Source of the DNA: Verrucomicrobiales bacterium
Lineage (GTDB): Bacteria; Verrucomicrobiota; Verrucomicrobiia; Verrucomicrobiales; V1-33
Direction: 5' to 3'
NCBI GenBank assembly: GCA_031411295.1
Contig: JANOAV010000116.1
Location: 1-22,866 of the forward strand
DNA: 22,866 nt
The position numbers and the translations under genes were made by a program. The notes under the pieces were generated by a model that was given only the letters and a program-made list of their open reading frames with translations, was not told where the DNA came from and did no database searches. This document shows positions 1 through 9,079 of the stretch, one piece after another. How positions within the stretch are numbered: the stretch's first letter is position 1; each line of letters begins with the position of its first letter.

Positions 1-40
1 ACGATCGTGCCAAGCCATTCCTTCTCATATTGCTGATCTG

Positions 41-135
41 GCATCCCTGCCGGGATGCGATTCTTTCGGGCCTCTAACCGGGGGTATCGCTACCGCTCAA
101 CCCCCGGCTAATTTCTGTGATCCCTCCGGGATCAC
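41..135. repeat. REP-like triple-hairpin element
   Basis: Three hairpins read directly: GCATCCC-tgcc-GGGATGC (41-58), CCGGGGGT...ACCCCCGG (78-107) and GTGATCCC-tcc-GGGATCAC (117-135). The first and last share an ATCCC/GGGAT core. The layout resembles extragenic palindromes of PVC bacteria (inference). Confidence 0.7.
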
Positions 136-201
136 CTCAGCTTGAACGCAACTTGGAATAAGACCATTTCCAGAAAGCAAACGGTAGAATGCAGATCAGC
201 C

Positions 202-318
202 CAGCGGGCTGTCTGCCAGGGTTGCTTAGGGGACGAGCGAGCGGCCTTAATGGCATTAGCTAAAGCCTTGGAGATTGACCCGGGATATTCTCTGGCTATC
301 CAGAATCAAGACCTCATC
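202..318 (+). pseudogene. TPR-repeat gene remnant
   Basis: Part of ORF 142..387 reads QRAVCQGCLGDERAALMALAKALEIDPGYSLAIQNQ, matching the TPR pattern (..LG...A...kAL.lDP.y..A..N). It has no convincing start, and the rest of the ORF overlaps glgA antisense. Confidence 0.45.
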
Positions 319-1816
319 CCACTAGCGGCCTTGCCAGCATCTTCTCGTAGATGTCGAAGTAGGCTTTGGCGGTGGTTTCGTGATTAAACTGCTGGCTGGA
401 TTCCTGCATGATGCGGGCGATTTGCGGGCGCTTGGTTTCCTCTGGGAGGCGATGGAATGCCATCGCTTGGTCGATGGCCCAGCGGAAGCCAGTGGTGTCG
501 AAGTAGTCGAAGAGGAAACCGTTGCCTCGATTTTGCTGGGGTTCCAAGAACTGCACGGTGTCTTTGAGGCCGCCGGTTTTGTGGACCACGGGGAGGGTGC
601 CGTAGATCGGGGCGACCATTTGCGGCAGGCCGCAGGGCTCAAAGGATGACGGCATGAGCATGAAGTCGGCCGCAGCGTAGCCTAACCGGGAAAGGTTTTC
701 GTCGAAATTGCAAACCGTCACGCGGCCACCGAGATCGTGGTGCCGGACGATATCGTGGAAATGACGTTGGTATTCTCCGTTGGCCACGATGGCGACTTGG
801 AGGTTCTCCGGCCAATAGTCGGCCACCAGGCGGTAGAGCATTTGCGTGAGCAATTGTGGGCCTTTTTGCACTGGATCCAAGCGCGAGGGCCAGAAGAAGA
901 GCGGGGCCTTGGGATCGTGATTCAGGCCGGTTTGCTCACAGAAGAGTTTACGCGCAGCAGCTTTGCCTGCGGGGAAGGTTTCGTGGGAATAAGTCAGTGG
1001 CAGGGCTTCGTCCGTGGTGGGATTGTAAGAAGCGTCTGGGGCGTTGAGAATACCGGCGGCACAATCGGCGTTGTATTTATTGCGCAGTTCGGAACGCACG
1101 GCGGGCGGGACGTTGACGTGCTGTCCGTTGACGACTTCCTCCAGGAAGGTGGGGCTGACGGTGTTGATGAAGTGGGCCGCAAAAATGCCGCTGGCCATTA
1201 AGTCCACGGGGTTGTTCCAGCGGTCATGGAAGTATCCACCGGGAGGTTTCGTGTAATAGAAATGCTGCGCAAAGGGGGCCGCATCCAAACCGGTGCTTTC
1301 GATCCGCTCCACCGTTAGGTTTTCCGAGTGAATGTTATGCACCGTGAACAAACAAGGGATGCGGAAGCTGCGGGCAGCCGCTGGCACCAGGCCGGTCATC
1401 CAGTCGTTGCAATGAATGAGGTCTGGTTTCACATGCCGGATGATGCGGTTAATGACTTCGCGCTGGAAGGCTAGAGCGATCAACGGGTTCTCTCCGTGAT
1501 AGCTGGAATAGACTTCGTTGCGATAATAAAACAACCGATCTTCCGCCAAGTGGATGCGCTCCTCCGGCAGTTTCTTCCGCATCTTGGAAAGTTCCCGACT
1601 GAGAATGTTATAGACATCCGTGTGGAACATTTGCCGATAGTTCGGCAGGGCGACATGGACATCCGCCCCCAGTTCAAACAGCGCGGAAACTAACGAGGCG
1701 GAAACGTCGGCCATGCCGCCAGCCTTGGCGCTCATGTATTGCGTGGCGTTGCCCATGCCTTCCGGCAAATAGGTGATTTCTGGGGTGACTACAAGAATTC
1801 TAGGACGGCTGATCAT
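314..1816 (-). CDS. glgA: Glycogen/starch synthase (GT5)
   Basis: 500 aa. N-terminal KAGGMADV (KxGG nucleotide-sugar loop), IHCNDW, FTVHN, SRLDPVQKG, and PSSFEPCGLPQM...TGGLKDTV motifs of GT5. Confidence 0.92.
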   Translation of the reverse strand: MISRPRILVVTPEITYLPEGMGNATQYMSAKAGGMADVSASLVSALFELGADVHVALPNYRQMFHTDVYNILSRELSKMRKKLPEERIHLAEDRLFYYRNEVYSSYHGENPLIALAFQREVINRIIRHVKPDLIHCNDWMTGLVPAAARSFRIPCLFTVHNIHSENLTVERIESTGLDAAPFAQHFYYTKPPGGYFHDRWNNPVDLMASGIFAAHFINTVSPTFLEEVVNGQHVNVPPAVRSELRNKYNADCAAGILNAPDASYNPTTDEALPLTYSHETFPAGKAAARKLFCEQTGLNHDPKAPLFFWPSRLDPVQKGPQLLTQMLYRLVADYWPENLQVAIVANGEYQRHFHDIVRHHDLGGRVTVCNFDENLSRLGYAAADFMLMPSSFEPCGLPQMVAPIYGTLPVVHKTGGLKDTVQFLEPQQNRGNGFLFDYFDTTGFRWAIDQAMAFHRLPEETKRPQIARIMQESSQQFNHETTAKAYFDIYEKMLARPLVG

Positions 1817-1828
1817 TTGAATTGCAGG

Positions 1829-4375
1829 TTAGTTGGTGGCGGGGGTGGCCCAGGTAACGTAGCCCGGAGAGGTGACCTGCCAAGAGGTGCCAGCTGGAAT
1901 GGCGCGGGCGGTGAGCCCGAAACGTCCGCTCTCAGCCATTGGCAGTTCGGCAGCATAGTCAAACCAGCCAGAGCCGTGATCAGCGCCCACCGTCATCGGC
2001 ACAAAGCGATGTTGGTGAATTTGATTCCGTGAATCCGCCGGGCCATGGCACAGCTCCACGCGGACTTCGTCGGGCCGCAAGTGGCCGAGGCAAACGGTGG
2101 TTTTGACATTGAACGTATCCCCCGCATAAAGCGTGGCAAGATCACGATCGGCGGCGGGTGGTCGGACAATGACATTGCCCCACTGGGCATCCAGACGCTG
2201 CCGCTGGGAAACCAAGCTGCGGGCAGCATGGGCGTCGTCCTGGAGCAGGCGACGGTAGTTCTCGGAAGCGGGCTTGTAGAAGTAATCCCGATACTCGCTC
2301 ACCATGCGACGGGTGGTGAAGAAACCGAGCGACATTCGCAGACAGGCCTTCATCATTTGAATCCAGCGGGTGGGCTCGGCTCCTTCGACGCGATCATAGA
2401 ACGTCGGCGCGATCTCGTCTTCCAGCAGACGGTAAATGGCGGCGGCTTCGACTTCATCCGCGTAGTTGTCGTCGTCATATTCTTCTCCGTTGCCGATGGC
2501 CCAGCCGTTTTCTTTGGCGTAGCCTTCGCACCACCAACCATCGAGAATGGACCAATTGAGCACGCCGTTCAAGGCGGCTTTCATACCGGAGGTGCCGCTG
2601 GCTTCGACACGACGACGCGGCGTATTGAGCCAGACATCGACGCCCTGCACTAACGTGCGCGCCATCGCGATGTTATAATTTTCCAGGAACAGAACGCGTT
2701 TCTTGGCTCCCGTGCGGCGGCTGAAATGCACTAGTTGCTTGATGAAGTCCTTGCCGTATTCGTCGGCTGGATGCGCCTTGCCGGCAAAGATGATTTGCAC
2801 CGGGCGCTTGCTGTCGTTGAGGATGGCTTCGAGCCGCTCTGGGTTGCGCAGAATCAGCGTGGCGCGTTTATAGCTGGCAGCCCGCCGGGCGAAGCCGATG
2901 GTGAGGGCGTTAGGATCCAGGACGGAGCGGGCCATGGCCAAATCCGCTTGATTGGCATTGAGGCGCTGCAGTTGCGTTTCGTAGAATTTGCGGGTCATGC
3001 GGAACAGGCGCGCGCGCGCCAGTTCGTGGACGCGCCAGAGTTCTTCGTCGGGGATATCGTCGATGCGCTTGAGTTTGTCGGGATTCTCGATGGCTTGTTC
3101 CCAATCCGGTCCCAGATGCGTCTGCAACAAGGACAACATTTCCGGAGCCAGCCAAGTGGGCGCATGCACACCGTTGGTAACATGGCCGATAGGCACTTCA
3201 TCCCGCACCTTGCCGGGCCAAACGTGATTCCACATGCCGCGCGCCACGTCCCCGTGGAGTCGGCTCACCGCATTGGATTGGTGGGCCATACGCAAGCCCA
3301 GGATCGTCATGGAAAGCTCGCTGGTCTTGTCTCCCGGAGCACGCCCCCATTCGAGCACACGATTAAATGGAACCCCCGTTTCCCCTTCCAAGAGCCGCAG
3401 ATGCTCCTCGACTAACGGCACCGGAAACGTTTCATTTCCCGCTGGAACCGGCGTGTGGGTGGTGAAGACATTAGAATGGGCCACCACTTCACAGGCAGCT
3501 TCGAGATCCAGGCCGCGGGATTTCATCAAATGATCCAAGCGGCCAAGGCTCAAGAACGCCGCGTGACCTTCGTTCATGTGACAGACTTCCGGCTCAATGC
3601 CCAAGGCTAGCAGCGCCCGCATCCCGCCGACCGCCAAGAGCAATTCCTGCTGCAGACGCAACCGTTGCCCGCCGCCATAAAGACGGGCGGTAATGTTTCT
3701 GAGTTCCGGCGGATTCTGGGCAATGTTGGCATCCAGCAAAATCAACGGAATCCCACCCACCCGCAGATCCCAGACACGAGCGTGCAGGCGGCCTTCCGGC
3801 AGCGGAATGCTGATTTCCACTTTCTCGCCTTCTTTGTTGCGCGCCAACTTCATGGGCAGATCTGGAATTTCCGCATCGGTGTATTGTTCCTGCTGCCAAC
3901 CGTCGTAGGTTAGGCATTGTTCAAAGTAGCCCTGATGGTAAAACAATCCGACCGCCACCAATGGAATTCCCAAGTCCGAGGCCGCTTTCAAGTGGTCGCC
4001 TGCCAGCACGCCGAGACCACCGGAGTATAGCCGGATGGCTTCGTGCAGACCGAATTCCAGTGAAAAATACGCCACCTGCCCATGCCCCGCGTTTTCAGAT
4101 TTGGCGATGCCAGCATTGAAACGCGCCTCCACGGCTGCGAGTTGCTTTAGGAAAGCTTCATCGCTCGCCAGACTTTGCAGCGTGGGTTGTGGGATGAGGC
4201 GGAGAAACTCCAGCGGATGCCCCACCACCGTGCGCCACAGGGCCGGATCCATCCGACGCAGGAGAGAAATGGCATCCTGATTCCACGACCACCAGACGTT
4301 GCGCACCAGCGTTTCCAGGAAACGCAGGGGTTTGGGAATACAGGGGGCAACATTTACAATCTGAATCGAAGTCAT
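1829..4375 (-). CDS. glgP: Alpha-glucan (glycogen/maltodextrin) phosphorylase, GT35
   Basis: VAYFSLEFG..YSGGLGVLAGD, HMNEGH, FTTHTPVPAG, GFARR..YKR, FAGKAHP and the PLP-lysine motif EASGTSGMK. I placed the start at ATG 4375 (MTSIQIVNV..) rather than the ORF-track TTG at 4477, whose extension looks non-coding. Confidence 0.93.
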   Translation of the reverse strand: MTSIQIVNVAPCIPKPLRFLETLVRNVWWSWNQDAISLLRRMDPALWRTVVGHPLEFLRLIPQPTLQSLASDEAFLKQLAAVEARFNAGIAKSENAGHGQVAYFSLEFGLHEAIRLYSGGLGVLAGDHLKAASDLGIPLVAVGLFYHQGYFEQCLTYDGWQQEQYTDAEIPDLPMKLARNKEGEKVEISIPLPEGRLHARVWDLRVGGIPLILLDANIAQNPPELRNITARLYGGGQRLRLQQELLLAVGGMRALLALGIEPEVCHMNEGHAAFLSLGRLDHLMKSRGLDLEAACEVVAHSNVFTTHTPVPAGNETFPVPLVEEHLRLLEGETGVPFNRVLEWGRAPGDKTSELSMTILGLRMAHQSNAVSRLHGDVARGMWNHVWPGKVRDEVPIGHVTNGVHAPTWLAPEMLSLLQTHLGPDWEQAIENPDKLKRIDDIPDEELWRVHELARARLFRMTRKFYETQLQRLNANQADLAMARSVLDPNALTIGFARRAASYKRATLILRNPERLEAILNDSKRPVQIIFAGKAHPADEYGKDFIKQLVHFSRRTGAKKRVLFLENYNIAMARTLVQGVDVWLNTPRRRVEASGTSGMKAALNGVLNWSILDGWWCEGYAKENGWAIGNGEEYDDDNYADEVEAAAIYRLLEDEIAPTFYDRVEGAEPTRWIQMMKACLRMSLGFFTTRRMVSEYRDYFYKPASENYRRLLQDDAHAARSLVSQRQRLDAQWGNVIVRPPAADRDLATLYAGDTFNVKTTVCLGHLRPDEVRVELCHGPADSRNQIHQHRFVPMTVGADHGSGWFDYAAELPMAESGRFGLTARAIPAGTSWQVTSPGYVTWATPATN

Positions 4376-4515
4376 CGGGCGGAAAGTGGGGGGGGACGAA
4401 TTTGGAGTAATAAAAGCAAAACGCGTGCCGAAACGCGCGTCAGATTCGTCCATCCGCTGGAACGTCCGTAAACTCAACTAGAAATCCTGCTCCAAATGGG
4501 CGAGGATTGCCAGGC

Positions 4516-5382
4516 CTACTCCAGGGAGAACACTTCCACCGGCACATCGATTCCTTTGACTTGGGCGCAGCCGTGGCTCTTAAAGGGATGCACGGCTGGA
4601 TTCATCCCATTGACAAATTGGGCGCTGGCCAGGATCGGCACTTGGAGTTTCCTCGTGAGTGCCTCGATGCGGAAAGTCAGGTTCACATCAGAGCCCAGCA
4701 GGGTAAACTGGTTGGGGCCGGTGCGACTGAGGGCCACTTCCCCGATGTGCAAGCCCACGCAGCAGGCCAAATCATCGTCACCATGGGTGGCATAGACTAG
4801 TTCTCGGGCGGCTGCCAGCGCCTTGGTGCGCACCTTGATGTCGGCCCCGCGCCACCAGGCGAACACGCAATCACCAATGAATTTCTCCACCAATCCGCCA
4901 TGGGCTTGGAATAAAGTCCGACAGTAGTCACACCACCGACTGACGCGCTCAGAGAGATCGATGGGGCTGATCAGCTCGGAGAGCTGGGTGTATCCTTTGA
5001 TGTCCCCAACCAGCAACGTGACCCGTTCGGATTTCCGCATCGCTGGAGAAATGATCGTCACGATGGTGGAATCCTTGAGTCCATCCCGGGGGCGGCTGTT
5101 GGGATTCTGGAAGATAAATACTTCGGTGCCCACATTAATTTCATCCCCGGTTTGCAGACAGGTCCCGCTGAGCGACACGGGCAGCCCGTTAACGTAAGTG
5201 CCGTTGCTGCTTCCCAGATCAGTGATCAGGAAATCCGTCCCCTGCCGCCGGATGGAGGCGTGCTCCCGGGATACGCCGCCGTGATTCAGACGAAGGTGAG
5301 CGGATTTCCCCCGACCGATGACACAGAAATCCTCCAATTCATGGCGTAAGCCATTCGTGGAATTCTCTAGGTAGGCATGCAT
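4516..5382 (-). CDS. FHA domain-class III adenylate/guanylate cyclase fusion
   Basis: N-terminal FHA motifs IGR, VSREHA and DLGSSNGT. C-terminal cyclase motifs GDIKGYTQLSE, EKFIGD and TLLGSDVNLTFRIE. Confidence 0.9.
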   Translation of the reverse strand: MHAYLENSTNGLRHELEDFCVIGRGKSAHLRLNHGGVSREHASIRRQGTDFLITDLGSSNGTYVNGLPVSLSGTCLQTGDEINVGTEVFIFQNPNSRPRDGLKDSTIVTIISPAMRKSERVTLLVGDIKGYTQLSELISPIDLSERVSRWCDYCRTLFQAHGGLVEKFIGDCVFAWWRGADIKVRTKALAAARELVYATHGDDDLACCVGLHIGEVALSRTGPNQFTLLGSDVNLTFRIEALTRKLQVPILASAQFVNGMNPAVHPFKSHGCAQVKGIDVPVEVFSLE

Positions 5383-5504
5383 TTTTAAAACTTACAATTG
5401 CGACGGATTACACAAACTGCACGAAACCACTCGAGAATACCAGCACAATTTGTTACCCATACAAGCATATCCCGTGCCCACCCCGTTGGCAAGGATCGGA
5501 AAGG

Positions 5505-6941
5505 CTAGAATTGGAAGTAAATAAAATCCGCGCTGGTCGCGCAGCCCAGGAGCACAATGGCAATGAAGAGAAGTGCGGCGGTAGCCGATTGCAGGGCAAG
5601 CCATTTGTTCCCCGGGAAATGCTCCGCTTGGGCGGCGGCATGCCGGTCCGCCAGCCAGCGATTCACGGCGGCATGCAGCGCCAGCGGCCAGGCATAGGTT
5701 AGCACCAGCGTAAGCAAATAGAGTCCTGCCTGCCAATCAACCCGACTGGTAGCGAAGGGGCTTTTCGTGAGATCCCGCATCAATTGTGGGAGATCCGTCT
5801 CCCGGAACATGAGCCAGCCAAGATTCACGAGGATAAAGGTTAGGAGGACTTGCGGCACGCGCCAGAATCGCTGTGGCCGCCAAGCTTCCGGAGCTTTTTC
5901 CCAGGCCCGCCAAAGCACCAATAAGAACCCATGGTAAGCCCCCCAGAGGACATAATTCCACGAGGCCCCATGCCACAATCCCGAGAGCAGAAAGGTGAGT
6001 AAAATGTTGGCAATCACCCGCCTTTCCGAACAGCGCCCCCCGCCCAGCGGAATGTAAACGTAATCGCGAAACCACGTCGAGAGTGAAATATGCCACCGCC
6101 GCCAAAAGTCCGGCGGGGAGGCGGCCAGATACGGATGGTTGAAATTTACCGCCAACTCGAATCCGAGCAACCGCGCGCTGCCCCGGGCAATATCGGTATA
6201 GGCGGAGAAATCAGCGAAAATTTGGATGGAGAAGGCGAACACCCCGGCCCAGAGCACTGGAAAGGAAGGATCGCTTAGACTGAAGACCTTATTGCAGACG
6301 AGGGCCGCATTGTCCGCCACGACCAGTTTCTTCAGATAGCCCCAGAGGATGAGCACCACCGCAGACCGGGCAATGCGGGCGTCGAAAATGCGCGGTTTAC
6401 CCAGTTGGGAGGCCAGCAGCGAGGCCCGTTGGATGGGCCCGGCCACCAATTGTGGGAAGAAGGAAACGAAGAGCAGAAATTGCCCCAGTTTCCGCTGCGG
6501 AGGAATATCCCCCCGATAGACATCCACCACATAGGCGATACTCTGGAAGGTATAGAACGAAAGTCCCACTGGCAGTAACCGCGCCACATCCTCCGCAGTC
6601 ATATTCGTGAAACCCAGCCAGTGCATGACTTGCAACGCATGGCCCCCGGTAAAGAAATCCAAATACTTAAAGGTGCTCAAGACCCCAAGGTTCGCCACCA
6701 AGGTAAGCCCCAGATAAAATCGCTTCTTCTCCTGCGTGACCGCCGTGGCAATGCGATTGGAGGTGAAGAAATCGATCAGAGCCGTCCCGGTGAGCAGGAT
6801 CAAAAACCAGGGATGAAGATACCCATAGAAAAAGTAACTGGCGACCAATAACAGAATATTCTGTCCCCGCCAGGGCAGGCACCAATAAGCTCCCAAGAGC
6901 AGCACGAAGAAGACCAGGTAGTCGTAGCTGTGGAAAATCAT
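5505..6941 (-). CDS. MBOAT family O-acyltransferase (AlgI/PatA/DltB-like)
   Basis: Multi-pass hydrophobic protein with LPVGLSFYTFQ, FFPQLVAGPI, FWRRWHISLSTWFRDYVYIPLGG, catalytic SGLWHGA and the C-terminal FIYFQF typical of AlgI/PatA. Confidence 0.92.
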   Translation of the reverse strand: MIFHSYDYLVFFVLLLGAYWCLPWRGQNILLLVASYFFYGYLHPWFLILLTGTALIDFFTSNRIATAVTQEKKRFYLGLTLVANLGVLSTFKYLDFFTGGHALQVMHWLGFTNMTAEDVARLLPVGLSFYTFQSIAYVVDVYRGDIPPQRKLGQFLLFVSFFPQLVAGPIQRASLLASQLGKPRIFDARIARSAVVLILWGYLKKLVVADNAALVCNKVFSLSDPSFPVLWAGVFAFSIQIFADFSAYTDIARGSARLLGFELAVNFNHPYLAASPPDFWRRWHISLSTWFRDYVYIPLGGGRCSERRVIANILLTFLLSGLWHGASWNYVLWGAYHGFLLVLWRAWEKAPEAWRPQRFWRVPQVLLTFILVNLGWLMFRETDLPQLMRDLTKSPFATSRVDWQAGLYLLTLVLTYAWPLALHAAVNRWLADRHAAAQAEHFPGNKWLALQSATAALLFIAIVLLGCATSADFIYFQF

Positions 6942-6945
6942 GCGT

Positions 6946-8058
6946 TTAACGGGGAGGGTTGGCGGCCCGATCGAGTGCTTTCATTTCTTTCCGCCCAGCC
7001 TCGATTTCTGCGGGTGTGAAGGGTTTGGGAAATAAGTGCCCCACCCGGGCGATGAAACTATCAGTGTAGGCGCGGGCTACACTGGTTTTCAAATGATCTG
7101 CATCCTGATACATGTCCAAGGTAATGGTGGGGTCATCCGTCTCATTGAAGTGATAGTGCCCCCGTGTCTCAACCCAGGCCTTCAAGGCGGCCGTATAGCC
7201 GGCCAATTGGCTTGCCACCTTGCGAACATTGCTGGCATCGGGACGGCGTTTCACATGGTAAAACACCAATTTTATCCCCGCAGCATCCGCCACGCGAATG
7301 AAGTCTGGGAGCAACGTTTCCGCCGGGAGATCATTGAACAGCGTGCGGAAGCCCTCGTCGGATTCGGTGTCTTCACCCGCAATCGGTTGGGCCCCTGCGC
7401 GGAGGTTCTGCAGGCCGAACACCGCCTCAACATGCGTCTTCAAGGGTCGATCATCCAGCGGCCCCAGCAGACTGGCGGCATCATAGGCGTTATCACTGAG
7501 CTTCTTGGAAAGATGATCCTTCAGGGCAATGGTCTTGTAGTGTTGATCGACCCAAGCGCGCACCGAATCGATCCCACCCTGGCTCTTCTCATGCCCGCGC
7601 GCCCGGCGGAGGAAGGTCTCGTCGCCTGACACCATCGTCTGACGGATGAATCGGAGCAACCGATCAGAAATACTGCGCCCCAAGTTGTGGAAATCGTAAT
7701 CGCGATAAAATATGAACACCAACTTCGAGCAAGGGCGGCACTGGGTCACTTGATTTTTTAACCACAGAAACCATTGCAATGAGCGCGTCGCCCCGACGGA
7801 AATGGGCTGGGTGGTAAGTGGTTGCAAGCGCTCCGCTAAATATAAAGGATCCATGCGTCCATGAATCATGGAGTTGCCCAACAGCGTCACTTCCGCCGGC
7901 TTCGCCCGCAAGCGTCTGCGTAGCTCTTGATCGAACTCCAGGGGATCCTCCTGGGGCGATCGCTGCCAGATGGCGAGCGGCAACGAGGCCATCAACGGGC
8001 CGACGCACACACCCATGAATTGAAGTAGTTCGCGACGAGAATATTTAGTGAAATTCAT
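6946..8058 (-). CDS. SGNH-hydrolase-like periplasmic partner of the MBOAT (AlgJ/PatB/DltD-like)
   Basis: LLGNSM (GxS nucleophile block) and YQDADHL (DxxH). N-terminal SRRELLQ followed by a hydrophobic stretch. Lies 4 bp upstream of the MBOAT gene. Confidence 0.65.
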   Translation of the reverse strand: MNFTKYSRRELLQFMGVCVGPLMASLPLAIWQRSPQEDPLEFDQELRRRLRAKPAEVTLLGNSMIHGRMDPLYLAERLQPLTTQPISVGATRSLQWFLWLKNQVTQCRPCSKLVFIFYRDYDFHNLGRSISDRLLRFIRQTMVSGDETFLRRARGHEKSQGGIDSVRAWVDQHYKTIALKDHLSKKLSDNAYDAASLLGPLDDRPLKTHVEAVFGLQNLRAGAQPIAGEDTESDEGFRTLFNDLPAETLLPDFIRVADAAGIKLVFYHVKRRPDASNVRKVASQLAGYTAALKAWVETRGHYHFNETDDPTITLDMYQDADHLKTSVARAYTDSFIARVGHLFPKPFTPAEIEAGRKEMKALDRAANPPR

Positions 8059-8324
8059 TTGATCCGGTTGCTATCCATAAACCTGTCATATTCCCTAGGC
8101 CGCACGTCTATTCTGCGCAAGCAAAAGCACTTCGACTTGGGTTAGTATTTCACGAAACCATAATGTTGGGGAGTAGGTTGCGCTGTCATGGGCACGCCAC
8201 AGGTCATGAAACCCGCCCGCTTCTGGCCTGCTAGATGGCTGTTCCCTCCCTAGAGGCATGAGGCGGAAGCACGAATGATGCCGCTTGCAGAGAACGTATG
8301 CCGAGCTGTCCGGCGGCGGTTTGC

Positions 8325-8344
8325 GGGCTGAAGCCCTGGACTGC
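8325..8344 (-). repeat. Possible degenerate GTAG-family REP
   Basis: Minus strand reads GCAGTCCA-GGGCT-TC-AGCCC, a short palindrome preceded by a GTAG-like tetranucleotide, just downstream of the 8371-8961 gene. Confidence 0.25.
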
Positions 8345-8370
8345 GGTTACGATGGGGCGAGTCACTGCTC

Positions 8371-8961
8371 CTAGCGCTTGGTCGGTTTGCTTGCTTTCTC
8401 CTTCTGCTTGGGAGCTGGTGCCGGAGCAAAGGGAGATTTGTCCGCCAGACCTGGCAGGCTGGCGGAAGAACTGAAGCCGTAGGTTGAGGTTAACTCGGAG
8501 ATCAATTGGCCATTCTCGAAAACCCTGACGAGATAGCCGTAGTATTTATGACCGGAGGCGTCCACTTTGTGGAAACGCGTCCGCAAGCCCCGGCCCCCCG
8601 CACGTTTAAAATGCATCGGGGTGTAATGAAACAGGGATTTGGCAGCAGCGGTCTCCCCCAGCTTGCCTGGCTCCAACGACCAAACACTGCGGTCTTGGGT
8701 CTGCACTGCAATCCGATCGGTCGCCAGATCCCGGTAAAACATCCAGCACTCCACCCCAACCACGGAACTCTGAGTCTGGCTCATGTTGCGCAGGCGCACT
8801 TTGACCTGACGGGTGGTTTTCACACTATCGCCCTCTTTAGTCTTGGCCACGCGTTCAACGTCAGCGGAGGTGGAAATGTGGCTGGGAGCAAAGCGGGGTG
8901 CCGCCGTCAACGGGGACAGGGAACTTAGGAGGATCAGGATGCAGGAAAAGTGAGATTTCAT
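8371..8961 (-). CDS. Hypothetical secreted basic protein
   Basis: 196 aa with a Sec-type signal (MKSHFSCILILLSSLSPLTAA), a beta-strand-like core and a Pro/Lys-rich tail. No family recognised. Confidence 0.7.
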   Translation of the reverse strand: MKSHFSCILILLSSLSPLTAAPRFAPSHISTSADVERVAKTKEGDSVKTTRQVKVRLRNMSQTQSSVVGVECWMFYRDLATDRIAVQTQDRSVWSLEPGKLGETAAAKSLFHYTPMHFKRAGGRGLRTRFHKVDASGHKYYGYLVRVFENGQLISELTSTYGFSSSASLPGLADKSPFAPAPAPKQKEKASKPTKR

Positions 8962-9079
8962 GGTAGTAACCTTGGCCTATAAGAAAATCCGCCACCTGGC
9001 AATCTCTTTTGAGAGCGTTGTCTGGCTTCGCGCTGATTACAAGTTGAAGAAGCGAAGGTTGCTCGCCATGGTCGCACTT

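Noticed and set aside
1..28. Possible minus-strand gene start (MRRNGLARS) at the left edge
   Set aside because: Only nine codons are visible, which is insufficient evidence.
2045..3415. 202-aa and 226-aa plus-strand ORFs
   Set aside because: Antisense shadows of glgP with no independent signal.
4376..4477. N-terminal extension of glgP in the ORF track
   Set aside because: TTG start and non-family-like sequence; ATG 4375 fits phosphorylase N-termini better.
8960..9067. N-terminal extension of the oxoprolinase
   Set aside because: Overlaps the divergent gene's start codon and leaves no promoter space; the DTGGTFTD motif normally lies within about 10 residues of the start.
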